Assembly (NCBI RefSeq): GCF_009914755.1
Contig: NC_060947.1
Length of the DNA: 64,000 nucleotides
Origin: the human T2T-CHM13v2.0 reference genome, Homo sapiens
Strand: one strand, 5' to 3'
Part shown: positions 44,770 through 58,492 of the stretch, in pieces
Position numbering within the stretch: position 1 is the first letter of the stretch
Layout of the letters: each line of letters begins with the position of its first letter
Notes under the pieces: generated by a model
Database searches by the model: none
Told to the model about the DNA's origin: nothing
The model's input: the letters and a program-made list of their open reading frames with translations, nothing else
Program-made: the position numbers and the translations under genes

Positions 44770-45406
44770 TTATCTTATGCCAGTTTTCAAAGGGAATGCT
44801 TCCAGCTTTTGCACATTCAGTATGATATTCGCTTTGGGTTTGTCATAAATAGCTCTTGTTATTTTGAGATACGTTCCATCAATACCTAGTTTATTGAGAG
44901 TTTAGAAGGCCTTTTCTGCATGTATTGAGATAATCACGTGGTTTTTGTCATTGGTGCTGCTTATATGATGGATTACATTTGTTGATTTGCACATGTTGAA
45001 CCAGTCTTGCATCCCAGGGATGAAGTGGACTTGATCGTGGTGGATAAGCTTTTTGAAGTGCTGCTGGATTCAGTTTGCCAGTATTTTATTGAGGATTTTC
45101 ACATTGATGTTCATCAGGGATATTGGCCTGAAATTTTCTTTTTTTGTTGTATGTCTGCCAGGTTTTTGTATCAGGATGATGTTGGCCTCATAAAATGAGT
45201 TCAGGAGGAGTCCCTGTTTTTCTATTGTTTGGAATAGTTTCAGAAGGAATGGTACCAACTCCTCTTTGTACCTCTGGTAGAATTCGGCTGTGAATCCCTC
45301 TGGTATTGGGCTTTTTTTGGATGGTAGGCTATTAATTACTGCCTCAGTTTCAGAACTTGTTATTGGTCTATTCAGGGATTAGCCTTCTTCCTGGTTTAAT
45401 CTTGGG

Positions 45407-46241
45407 TGCTTCCTGTTCCCATGACATTACATTCTGCTGGCCTAGAGGTCTTAGTTCCAGAGGGAGGAACACTGCCACCAGGAGACACAACAATGACTCC
45501 ATTAAACTAAGAGTTAAGATTGCTACCTGGACACTTTGGTCTCCTCCTACCTTTAAGTCAACAGTCTAAGAAGGGAGTTACAGTGTTGGCTGGGGTGATT
45601 GTCCAAGACTATCAAGATGAATTCAGTCTAGTACTCCATAACAGAGGTAATGAAGAGTATGCATGGAATATAAGGGATCCATTTGGGCATCTCTTAGTAT
45701 TACAATGCCCTGTGATTAAGGTCAATGGGAAACTACAACAGCCCAATCCAGGCAGGACCACAGATGGCCCAGACCCTTCAGGTTTGGGTGACTCCCCCAG
45801 GAAAAAAAAAAACCACAACGTGCTGAGGTGCTTCCTGAAGGCAAAGGGAATACAGAATGAGTAGTAGAAGAAGGTAGTCATCAATACCAGCTACAACCAC
45901 GTGACCAGCTGCAGAAACGAGGACTGTAACTATCATGAGTATTTCCTCTGGTTTTTGTTAAAAAGATGTTTGTGCATGTACACATTCATAGTAAGAAAAT
46001 ATCTTCATTTTATTTTCTTTCTCCTTTATCATGTAACATAAGATTTATTTACTTCACATCAGCATTTAAGTATTGTTAACTTTATGTAATAGTATTTGGG
46101 TTGGGGATTGGTGCATTTACAGTTGTACAAAGAATAGTTGTATTACGTTAGGCATAATTATGACTTTATTATTGTCTTTATTTGAAGATCATGTATGAGC
46201 TCAGGAGATGTGTATGGGTTCAAGTTGGCAAGGGGTGGACT
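45407..46241 (+). mobile_element. HERV-L internal 3' end including dUTPase-like region and polypurine tract
   Basis: PGHFGLLLPLSQQSKKGVTVLAGVI..DYQDE...CPVIKVNGKLQQPNPGRTTDGPDPSG; PPT aggggtggact at 46231-46241. Confidence 0.9.
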
Positions 46242-49111
46242 TGTGATAGTTAATACTGAGTATCAACTTGATTGGATTGATGGATACAAAGTATTGATCC
46301 TGGATGTGTCTGTGAGCATGCTGCCAAAGGACATTAATATTTCAGTCGGTGGGATAGGAAAGGCAGATCCACTCTTAATCTTGGTGGGCACAATCTAATC
46401 AACTGCCTGCTTGGTTAGAATATAAGCAGGCAGAAAAATGTGAAAAGAGAGACTGGCCTAGCCTCCCAGCCTACATCTTTCCTGATGCTGGATAATTCCT
46501 GCCTTCAAACATCAGACTCCAAGGTCTTCAGTTTTGGAACTTGGACTGGCTCTCCTTGCTCCTCAGCCTGAAGATGGCCTATTGTAGGACTTTGTGATTG
46601 TTTTAGTTAATATGTAATAATCTTCCATATATATATTCCAAATATATATATTCCATATATATATATTCCAAATATATATATTCCATATATATATATTCCA
46701 AATATATATATTCCATATATATATATTCCAAATATATATATTCCATATATATATATTCCAAATATATATATTCCATATATATATATTCCAAATATATATA
46801 TTCCATATATATATTATATATATTCCATATATATATTATATATATTCCATATATATATTATATATATTCCATATATATTATATATATTCCATATATATAT
46901 TATATATATATTCCATATGTATATTATATATATATTCCATATGTATATTATATAAATATATTCCATATATATTATATATATATTCCATATATATGTTCCA
47001 TATATATATTCCATATATATATGTTCCATATATATTCCATATATATATGTTCCATATATATTCCATATATATATGTTCCATATATATTCCATATATATAT
47101 GTGTTCCATATATATTCCATATATATATGTTCCATATATATTACATATATATATGTTCCATATATATTACATATATATATGTTCCATATATATTACATAT
47201 ATATATGTTCCATATATATTACATATATATATGTTCCATATATATTACATATATATATGTTCCATATATATATTACATATATGTTCCATATATATATTAC
47301 ATATATGTTCCATATATATATTATATATATGTTCCATATATATATTATATATATGTTCCATATATATATTATATATATGTTCCATATATATATTATATAT
47401 ATGTTCCATATATATATTATATATATGTTCCATATATATATTATATATATGTTCCATATATATATTATATATATGTTCCATATATATATTATATATATGT
47501 TCCATATATAATATATATATTCCATATATATTATATATATATATTCCATATATATATATTATATATATGTTCCATATATATTATATATATATATTCCATA
47601 TATATTATATTATATATATGTTCCATATATATTCCATATATATATTCCACATATATTATATATATATTCCATATATATGTATTCCATATATGTATTCGAT
47701 ATATATGTATTCCATATATATGTATTCCATATATGTATTCCATATGTATTCCATATGTATTCCATATATGTATTCCATATATATGTATTCCATATGTATT
47801 CCATATATGTATTCCATATATATGTATTCCATATGTATTCCATATATGTATTCCATATATATGTATTCCATATGTATTCCATATATATGTATTCCATATG
47901 TATTCCATATATATGTATTCCATATGTATTCCATATATATGTATCCCATATATATGTATTCCGTATATATGTATCCCGTATATATGTATTCCGTATATAT
48001 GTATTCCATATATATTCCATATAAATTCCATATATATATATTCCATATGTATTCGATATGTATTCCATATATATGTATTCCATATGTATTCCATATGTAT
48101 TCCATATATATGTATTCCACATGTATTCCACATGTATTCCATATATATGTATACCATATGTATTCTATATGTATACCATATATATATTCCATATGTATAC
48201 CATATGTATTCCATATATATATTCCATATATATATTCCATGTATATATATTCCATGTATATATTCCATGTATATATTCCATATATATTCCATGTATATAT
48301 TCCATATATATTCCATGTATATATATTCCATGTATATATATTCCATGTATATATTCCATGTATATATATTCCATGTATATATATTCCGTATATATATATT
48401 CCGTTTATATATTCCGTATATATATATTCCGTATATATATATTCCGTATATATATATTCCATGTATATATTCCGTATATATATATATTCCATGTATATAT
48501 TCCGTATATATATATTCCATGTATATATTCCGTATATATATATTCCATGTATATATTCCGTATGTATATATTCCATGTATATATTCCGTATGTGTATATT
48601 CCATACGTATATATTCCGTATGTGTATATTCCATGCATATATTCCATATGTGTATATTCCCTATGTATATATTCCATATGTGTATATTCCATATGTATAT
48701 ATTCCATATGTGTATATTCCATATGTATATATTCCATATGTGTATATTCCATATGTATATATTCCATGTGTATATTCCATATGTATATATTCCATGTATA
48801 TTCCATATGTATATATTCCATATATATATTCCATATGTATATATTCCATATATATATTCCATATGTATATATTCCATATGTATATATTCCATATTTATAT
48901 TCCATATGTATATATTCCATATATATATTCCATATGTATATATTCCATATATATTCCATATGTATATATTCCATATATATATTCCATATGTATATATTCC
49001 ATATATATATTCCATATGTATATATTCCATATATATATTCCATACATATATATATACACACACACATATATTCCATTGGTTTTGTCCCTCTAGAGAACCC
49101 TGATGAATAAA
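46242..49111 (+). mobile_element. MLT2A (HERV-L) 3' LTR with expanded internal repeat
   Basis: tgtgatagttaatactgagtatcaacttgattggattga...; terminus tgtccctctagagaaccctga resumes after the array. Confidence 0.92.
46623..49075. repeat. ~2.45-kb compound TTCC(AT)n micro/minisatellite
   Basis: Seen directly; five exact 30-mers at 46651-46800, then 26-, 24-, 11-15- and 30-bp variant blocks. Confidence 0.97.
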
Positions 49112-49610
49112 AACCCTCCAGGGGATTTTTAGGACCGTGTACTTAGAATAAAATTCAAATTTCTTTTCATGACCTACAAGGCCCTAAAACTTTGCCTCTT
49201 GTCTACCTCTTTGCTCTTATCTTGCACCATACCCTCTATCTCACACTATACTGCAGCTGAAATGGCTTTCTTTCCATTCTTCAGAATTGCCAAATATTTT
49301 CCTCTCTCTGCCTGGGACACTCTTCACCATAGTCAGGTGGTTTGTTTAACTGATTGATTGATTTTATATCTGGCTTGCTTTCATGCTTCAGGTGTTAGCT
49401 AGGTAACCTTTTCATAAAGGTCTTTCCTGATGATCATATCTCAGGTAGTCCTCTCCTTCTAGTCTGTCACTTTTTTTTTAACTCCAGGAGGGCAAATGCT
49501 ATGTCTACCTTGCTCACTATAGAATCCTCAGCATGTGGTACAACACCTAGCACAGAGGAGATAACAAATAATTGTTGAATGAAGACATAACTATGAATAA
49601 ATGAAGTATG
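49112..49610. mobile_element. L2 3' remnant
   Basis: cttagaataaaattcaaatttctt...catgacctacaaggccct...cctagcacagaggagataacaaataattgttgaatgaa. Confidence 0.7.
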
Positions 49611-51159
49611 AGCACTTCTTCACATATCTGAAGGGATATTCTGAGGAAAGTAGAATACCTCATAATGTAAGGCTCCCTACAGTGTATATGTGTATTGCCC
49701 AGGAAACAGTATATGTGAAGAGCAAGGACAAGCAAAGTAGTGGGCAGAGGGATGGGTGAAAATATTTTCTGGGCTCAAGATCCTGTTAATCACACACATT
49801 CATATGTATATTTTTTCTCATAAATTGGAGTACTTTTTTTCCAAATGCAGATATAAGAAGGAAAGATAGATTGATCATCTCTTTCAGACCCTGTGAGAAT
49901 AAGCATTAATAACACTAGTTCAGTCAGCATATTTTCTAAAAGCGGCATTTTAGTAGTCATACCATAATTGGGGTCAGTTATTTCTGGCAAACAGGTTACC
50001 AGTCCTCATCCTCAAGAAAATGCAATGACAGTCTCCCACCTGACATATCTTTCTGCAATCCTTAGTCTCTACTTCACCTGACAGCCAGTGTGAGCTAGCC
50101 AGCCAAAATGCAAACAGTACTATGGTCCAGGGAATAAAAGTAGTGGCTCTACCTTTTAATACAAATGGCAAAAAGAGAGAATGAAAAACTCAGAATGTTG
50201 TGCAACAAGTTACTGAAGAAAGTGAAAAATGTTGGTGAGATGCAAAAAGACAAGGGAAGTGTCAACTGTAAGTGGGCAGTAGGTCCATGCTAGTCTAAAA
50301 ACATCAGTGTTGGAGACTGAAGATGAACATTCAAATGAAGCATCTACTTGCCCAGAATAATAACAATCAGCAAGCACACAAATAGTTTAAGTTTGTGAAC
50401 TATAACTGCATAGGGGTTAAAGAAAGATAGAAGAGCATGATACATTGAGGAGATATTTGAGTAACTTAATATACTCTAATTTTATCTTCAATGCCATCTC
50501 ATTTGAGGTGCTTACAGGGGCAGACAGTTAAATAAACGTTAGAACACTTGCAGTATATAACCCAGATGGCTCATTTTGCTCTTTATTCACGTACTTTGTT
50601 TATTTTATTAGAGCAACAGGCCTAATAAATACAGTAAAGTCTTAACTATCCTAATGAGGAAAAACTATAAGCTAGAAGAATTTGATAAACCAAAAGTGGA
50701 CTTGGGTATTAAACATCAACTCTTTCAAATGCTAAGCATACACAAAAACTATCGATATCTAACATCACTCACTTAATGCCGTATTTTTCAACTTTGACTC
50801 CATCTGAGATAGCCCAAGGCGCATAAGGAAAAGGAAAAAGAGCAAAGGTAAATAAGGAGAATGGACAGAGAGAAGAATCAGACCATCTTGGTGATCTATA
50901 AAATCAATTAATACATGATTAATAAAAAGTTAGTTTCTGTATGCATTGTCCTCAAAGAAGCCCAGGCATGAAATGAAGTTCTAGTTCCCATTTCATAGAG
51001 GTGACCACACTGAGTTAGTTTATTTATGATGACATGGTGCTGACCAGTAGATGAGATTCATTGGCTACAGAATTGTGCTCAAAAGGCTGAAATCATGGTT
51101 TGATTACTTATTCACCTATACAACCCACTCACTCATACATAAAACCTCGAATAAGCATC

Positions 51160-51370
51160 TGAGTGTAGTGAAAAGGGAATGGGATCTAGAAGTAAACGAC
51201 TTGGATGCCAGTTGAAACACTGACATTTATTCATTTTAAGTGACCTGACACCAAACAAGCAACTTAAACTTTCTGAACTTCATAACATGGGGATGGCCAT
51301 AGCTTTTCTGCCTGCCTTACAGGGCTATTGTGAGATAGTGGATGTGAAAAGGCTTTGTAAACTGTCAAAT
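51160..51370 (+). mobile_element. MIR SINE
   Basis: gtgtagtgaaaag...aagcaacttaaactttctgaacttc...cagggctattgtgag...gctttgtaaactgt. Confidence 0.6.
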
Positions 51371-53394
51371 GCCACTCAAATGCCACCAGTACACATCAAA
51401 TCCCTCTCACAGAGGCCAATTCTAGTCCATTTTCACAGGGTCTATCACGCTGAACCTTAGGTAGGGGTGCAGTTTGGAGATTGGGCCAAAGGACAAAGGG
51501 AAAAATGAGAAAGAGAAAACCGTGTTTTTTCCTCACAGTAAACAAATGCTGGATTTTTAATAGACTTTTGAAGAAGCACAAAGCCCAGAAGACTCTCCTG
51601 CATGGGCAAACCTTTTTTCTATGCTTTTGATTCACATTCCTTTCTCTCTTCATCCCCACATTCTATCGTTCACTCCTCCCATATCTTCAATCTCTCTCTT
51701 CTGCTGGCTCTTTTCCTCAGTCTTATAAACATACTTCAGTAACTCCCCATCACCCTTGGAACCAAGCTCCAGTTCTATGACACAAAAAAAGCCTCACACG
51801 ACCTGGCTTCTGTCTTCTTGTCTTGCATTTAATTCTTTACCACTCTCTGCATCTCTGAATTGCTTCACAGTTTTCTTCATACATGATGCTCCCCAGTACT
51901 GTTGCCTGCTGCTATCCATTCTGCTTAATATAAACTTTACCTTCACTTCACTTGGCTAAATCCTGATCCTCAAACTGAGTTCACATCTCTTCTTCCAAGC
52001 TACCTTCCTTGATACCTGAAGACCAAGTAAGATGTGCTTACTCTATAACACACTATATCTCCATCATTGCAAGTACTACATTGTATCATCATAATAACTT
52101 CTTTTTTATATGTCTTTCCACCCTCAAGACTGCAGGCTCCTCAAGAATTTGGTCTTAATACTGAAAGCTCACGACAAAGGACATAGCAGACACTTACCGG
52201 ATAGATGAGGTTATTCGGTGCCAGCAAAGTTGTGAAGGATAAGGAACTCTCAGCCAGTCAGACATATCGGAGTTAATAAGTTCAAAATTATGCCTTTCTC
52301 TTGATGTACAAGTAAATAAGTTGTGTCAAGGAAGTGGGAATTTTTATTGGGATGGGGATTTGTAAGTAGGCAATTTGAAGACATGAGATATTTGGGGTCT
52401 TAGGTAGGTAAAATTTAGGCATGGTGCCACAATGGAAGGCACCAACTGAAACCAGGGGAAACAATCAAGGCCTGGTGACTCTGGATATGAATGTTTCCAA
52501 GGACCAATTTAGCCACAAAGAACACACAGATTCGAGGTATTAAAGCCAGGCAAGCAGTCTGTGGAGCAGACCCAGACACAGTACCCCATAAGATAGGATG
52601 GTAAAAACTCTCTCCCTTCCATTCTTTTCTTGTTACAGAATGGCCAGACTAGGTCTAGAAGTACCAGTGCTGGTGTGAGCATCCAAAAAGGCAAAGTATG
52701 GCAATGATGATGGTGAACAACTTAATTCTCCTACAGGAATCTTCCTCCCAGTGCATACTAAGGAGATGGTGTATGGCACATTGAACAGCCCATAACTACT
52801 GCTGAGAAACCGTGTCTTTTCAAGTATTTAGAGGGTCAATGGTATTATTTTTAAATTTTGCACATATTTCTTTCATTGTAGCATGGCAAGAGGCAGGGAA
52901 CAAATGTGTTTATTTGGCTTTTAGTTAGCCAGATATTCAATTCCCCTGACTGACACAGACAGCTGTCGTAGCAGCCCCAGGACATGCTCCTCCAAGCTAA
53001 AGTACAGAGTGTCATTCAGCACTGTCTTTAACAAATGTAACAGCAATCATAATACAAGCTGCAGCCATTTAATGAAAATATTTCTGGTAATTAGACTCTT
53101 CACTTGTTTATCTGAATCTCTTGCCACCACTCCAGATTGCTTATAATATTACAACCCACAGGTTGTAATGTGTGTTGTATATAATCCATCATTATAGGAT
53201 TATGACTTTTATAGGCATGATTTTATTTGGAAATGGCCAGATAACCTCAAACAAACTCAACCAACAATGCATACTTGCAAAAGTGATTAGCGGTAACAGG
53301 AATATTAAGTAGCCAGTGACTCTGAATATATTAGAGAATGCATTAATTACAATAAATTTATGAAATTCTGGATGAATGGTTTAGATGTGATAAT

Positions 53395-53650
53395 AATGTA
53401 ATAACAAATAGCTACTATTCATCAAGTATTATTATATACCAGAATTTTTACATACATTATGTCGTCAATTCCTCACAACAACCCTGGGAGATATAATTAT
53501 AACCTCTGTTTCATAGGAGGGGAAACTGGGAATTAGAGTGATTAGAAGACTTGTCCATGATCACACAGAGATAGTAAGCATGAAGCAGATCCAGGATTTG
53601 AAGCTAGGTCACTAGAATTTCAAAGTCTTTGCTGTTAACCATGATCCACT
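53395..53650 (-). mobile_element. MIR SINE
   Basis: attcctcacaacaaccctgggagata...ggaaactggg...acttgtccatgatcacacag...ccaggatttgaagctagg. Confidence 0.75.
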
Positions 53651-54374
53651 ATCTTATTTATACTTTTCTCTGTTTTCCCAAATCTTCTACAGTAGCTGTG
53701 TATTATCTGGTAATATCATTTAAATATCATTTATAATACATGAAACACTTACTTAGGATTTCAATTCAATTTAATTCCAAAAATTTTGTTGAGTTATTTC
53801 TAGAATATAAGAAACTATGCATTATACTGGGGAAACAAACTCTAGATCCTACACTCAGAGGAGTACAACTGGTACAATTTGCACAAGCACCCCTATAATA
53901 TACTACAGAATAATCTAAATCCTGATAGGAAAGTGAAAACATTTTATATAGGAAAACACTAAAGAGGAGACATTACTTCTAGATAGGGGAGGGAATAAGA
54001 AAAGGCTTTATAAAGGTCATAATATATAAGCGGAATTTCAAAGGATACTTAGATTTATTTGCCGTTTTATTTTTCATTAATTTTCAAAGTAAAAAAACAG
54101 CTCATTGTTGAAATATAATAATTTAGGGAAATGTAAAAAGAGCAATGACATAAAGAGCTGCTGTTAACATTTTGTAAACCCTTACAGACTTTATTCCTTG
54201 CCAATTTTTTTCCTTTAAAGAGTTGAGATCCTACTGTGTACATTGTATTGTGCTTCTTCAGTAACATCATAACCCAATTTTTCCCCATACTTTTCTGACT
54301 ACCAGACTGTTTTTTTTTTTTTATCTTTGTCCTCCCCTAAATACCAAAGTAATTCTCATTCCAGTAACCCTCAA

Positions 54375-55015
54375 AGTGCAGTTAGAGGATCCCTATGGAT
54401 CAGAGATCCCCTTTCAAGGGATTAACAAGGTCAAAATCATGTGTGGTTAAAGGATCCATTCAATGTGAAAAGTAGGCCAGAGGATTTTAATGTAACAGAG
54501 TGCAAAAGTTCATTGATAAGTTTTCGATTCCATATTGTAACTAACCTTTGAGAAAAATGACACTTGTTGACTTTTGATGCATAATAGTATCAAAGAAAAA
54601 TATCCACAATCATCTTACAAGACTATTAAAATATTCCTCCATTGTCCAACTATATATCTGTGTGAGATTAGATTCTCTTCATATTCTTCAACCAAAACGG
54701 CATATCACAAAACAGCATATTACAAAAGCAGAAGCAGATATGAAAATCCAGTTGCCTTCTGTTAAGCAAGACATTAAAGAGATCAGTAAAAATGTAAAAT
54801 GGTCTTCTCACTAGACTTTTGTATTGGTGGAAATATAGTTATTTGTCATTAAATATGCATGTAAACATGTTTATTATTTTAAATTAATAAATATTTTTAA
54901 ATTTCTAACATTAAGCATTGATAAATATAACTCACATAAACCAAAGCTCTTTGAGGTCCTCAATTATTTTTAAGAGCATAAAAGAGTCCTGAAACAAAGA
55001 AGTGTGAGAACCACC
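54375..55015 (+). mobile_element. Charlie1-like hAT DNA transposon, internally deleted
   Basis: SIKEKYPQ.S.K.IKIFLH.PT.YLCE.RFSSYSSTKT.Y hAT C-terminus; ends gtcctgaaacaaagaagtgtgagaaccac. Confidence 0.85.
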
Positions 55016-55379
55016 ATCTTTTCATATGTTTCAATGCATGCCTTAAACATGGCTGCCTTCAAGAAGCTTCCTTTTAACTTTAAACTAGGTTAAATGTCCA
55101 CATCACCTAATACTTATTGTTCAAGCACTCAGCATGCCTCCAGTGAGTTCTTCAATGTCTAAATGTCCACCATAAGCTTCATTATGATATCAACTAAGTC
55201 TATCTTATGAACTTCTGTATCCTCCACACCTGACAGAATGCCTGACATGAAGGAGATGTTCTACATTTATTATGCTAATTAATAAATACAATTAAAATCC
55301 TTTGTAAATCATAATTTTAATCATAAAATATTTCATTATATGGATACTGCATCATTTACTTAATATTCAAAACTGATAG

Positions 55380-55700
55380 TATTCTGACAAGTAGAGGTAG
55401 AAGAGCTTCTTGACAGGAGAAGAAGATGAAAAAGCACAGAGGACAAAGTATAATGAAATTGTGGGGGTAATTGTGTACACAGTGAATATAAAAAGAAGTG
55501 AAAGAATATAACGACAGATAAGTGGGAGGATCTTGAACGCTATATTAACAAATTTAGACACTATTTAGTAGCCAATGCAGGCCCTTTGGATGTGCATAAG
55601 CATGGCCATGACATGTATTTGTGCTTTATGAAGATTAATTTAGAACAAGTGTATAAGATTGTTTAGAGGAAGAAGAGAACAGAGGATAGGAAATCAATAA
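55380..55700. mobile_element. L2 remnant
   Basis: gatcttgaacgctatattaacaaatttagacactatttagtagccaatgcaggcc is L2-like. Confidence 0.5.
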
Positions 55701-56205
55701 CAGGCACTTCCTCCTGATGTCTTCCCCAGTTACTGAATAAATGTTTTATCACAGAGAATAGAATCAAGACTCATTGGATGATAGAAACGCCCAGAATAAT
55801 TACTTAAAATGGTCCAGGGAGAAATAGAGTTAAAGATATAACCACAGTTTTCAATCTTAGTGACTAATAGGTCAGTAGTACCATTAGCAGAAACATAACA
55901 AATAAAAAGAACTGTCTACAGAGTGAGCTATTGGCCTTAGGTTGGCCACATAGATATAAGACAGTGGTAGGGTCAACTATCATGTGACATCTTGAAGATT
56001 TGGGGTCCAAGAGCCAGTCAGGTGTACTTAATCCATTAAAAATAGAAAAGACCAGAAGAAGAAAATATCCAGAAGAATTAGATTTCTTTAGCATAGCTGA
56101 TTCTCAAAATGGAGAGAATAAAGAAGCCTGCCTGCTGGAGAGATATATTGAAATCTTCTGATCAGCAGCTACTAGCCATTATTTCTATATAATTAAAAAA
56201 ATTTA

Positions 56206-57710
56206 CATCCTTCACCCACTATTTGATGTGGTTGTTTTTTCCTTGTAAATTTGTGTTTCTTGTAGATTCTGGATATTAGCCCTGTGTCAGATGGAGAGAT
56301 TGCAAAAATTTTTTCCCATTCTTAGGTTGCCTGTTCACTCTGATAATAGTTTCTTTTGCTGTGCAAAAGCTCTTTAGTTTAACTAGATCTCATTTGTCAA
56401 TTTTGGCTTTTATTGCCATTGCTTTTGGAGTTTTAGTCATGAAGTCTTTGGCCATGCCTATGTCCTGAATGGTATTGCCTAGGTTTTCTTCTAGGGTTTT
56501 TATGGTTTTAGGTCTTATGTTTAAGTGTTTAATCCATCTTGAGTTAATTTTTGGATAAGGTGTAAGGAAGAGGTCCAGTTTCAGTTTTCTGCATATGGCT
56601 AGCCAGTTTTCCCAACACTGTTTATTAAATAGGGAATCCTTTCCCCATTGCTTGTTTTTGTCAGATTTGTCAAAGATCACAAACTTGTAGTTGTGTGGTG
56701 TTATTTCTGAGGCCTCTGTTCTGTTGCATTTGTCTATATACCTGTTTTGGTACCAGTACCATGCAGTTTTGGTTACTGTAGCCTTGTAGTATAGTTTCAA
56801 GTCAGGTAGCGTGATGCCTCCAGCTTTGTTCTTTTTGCTTAGGATTGTCTTGTCTATACAGGCTCTTTTTTGGTTCAATAGTGGGTGAAGGATATGAACA
56901 GACACTTTTCAAAAGAAGACATTTTATGCACCAACAAACATGAAAAAAAGCTCATCATCACTGGTCATTAGAGAAATGCAAATCAAAACCACAATGAGAT
57001 ACCATCTCATGCCAGTTACAATGGCGATCATTAAAAAGTCAGGAAACAACAGATGCTGGAGCAGATGTGGAGAAATAGGAATGCTTTTACATTGTTGGTG
57101 GGAGTGTAAATTATTTCAACCATTGTGGAAGACAGTGTGACAATTCCTCAAGGATCTAGAACTAGAAATATCATTTGACCCAGCAATCCCATTACTGTGT
57201 ATATACCCAAAAGATTATAAATTATTCTACTATAAAGACAGACACACACACATATGTTTATTGCAGCACTATTCACAAGAGCAAAGACTTGGAACCAACC
57301 CAAATGCCCATCAATGACAGACTGGATAAAGAAAATGTGGTACATATACACCATGGAATACTATGCAGCCATAAAAAAGGACGAGTTCGTGTCCTTTGCA
57401 GGAACATGGATGAAGCTAGAAAACAACATTCTCAGCAAACTAACACAGGAACAGAAAACCAAACACCACATGTTCTCACTCATAAGTGGGAATCGACCAA
57501 TGAGAATATATGGATACAGGGAGGGGAACATCACACACCGGGGCCTGTCGGGTGGTGGGGGGTACTGGGAGGGATAACATTGGGAGTAATACCTAATGTA
57601 GATGACGAGTTGATGGGTGCAGCAAACCACAATGGCACATGTATACCTATGTAACAATCCTGCACATTCTGCACTTGTATCCCATAACTTAAAGTATAAT
57701 TTAAAAAAAT
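56206..57710 (+). mobile_element. L1PA7/8-like element, 5'-truncated with 5' inversion (twin priming)
   Basis: Antisense ORF2 at 56206-56878, then sense ORF2 end and 3'UTR at 56877-57710; A-rich putative TSD aaaaaaatt. Confidence 0.93.
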
Positions 57711-58319
57711 TAGTTAAAATAAACTTCCAGTGACTACTAGGACCATTATAGACCATTGAATACTCTGCTTCTACTTTAAATTATCTAAAAAATCCAGAAA
57801 TAACCATATTAAGATATGAGCTAAAACTTTTTAAGTTTGAACATAAAGCACTGTATCTCTTTTTTTAAATAAATCTCCTAGTTGTGGAATGGGTGGAGCA
57901 TGGAGGAAGGACTAAGAAGGCATGTATAATTACAGTCCAAACAACTGGGAGTAATATCATGTAACAGCTTCCTCAATTTCTATCACTTATGCTTCATTTA
58001 TACTATTTTCTTTAAATCAACCACATATTTTTACTTAATACCATAAGTAGCAATAATATCTGTTAAGATGTGAATTTTGAAACTTAGTATGACTACTAAA
58101 ATTTAAGAAATGTTCATCTGTATGCCACCTAATATCATCTCATGAAATCACAGTGATAAACATATCAAATCTAGGGGAATATTGGTCCACAAATCTTCTT
58201 GGTTGATAGGGATATACTGAAGATAGAATAAGAAGTTTTTGTGGGTATAACAGCCTGAATGGACTAAGACCTCTATGTTATATGGCATTGTTTTTTTTCC
58301 AAATGAAATCTTATGAGGA

Positions 58320-58492
58320 TATATGTGTGTGTGTGTGTGTGTGTGCGTGTGCATGTGTGCATGTGTACTGAGCTATAATATATACATATATATTTCAGCA
58401 CTCAGAGATTACTGACATATACTGATATATATATACATATATATACAGTATATCAGTATATATACGTGTGTGTGTATATATATATATATATG
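58320..58492. repeat. (TG)n and (TA)n microsatellites
   Basis: Seen directly. Confidence 0.9.

Noticed and set aside
46603-49110. Very long ORFs (up to 690 aa) on both strands
   Set aside because: Y/I/M/H/C-rich translations of a TTCC(AT)n repeat that rarely forms TAA, TAG or TGA; no sign of coding
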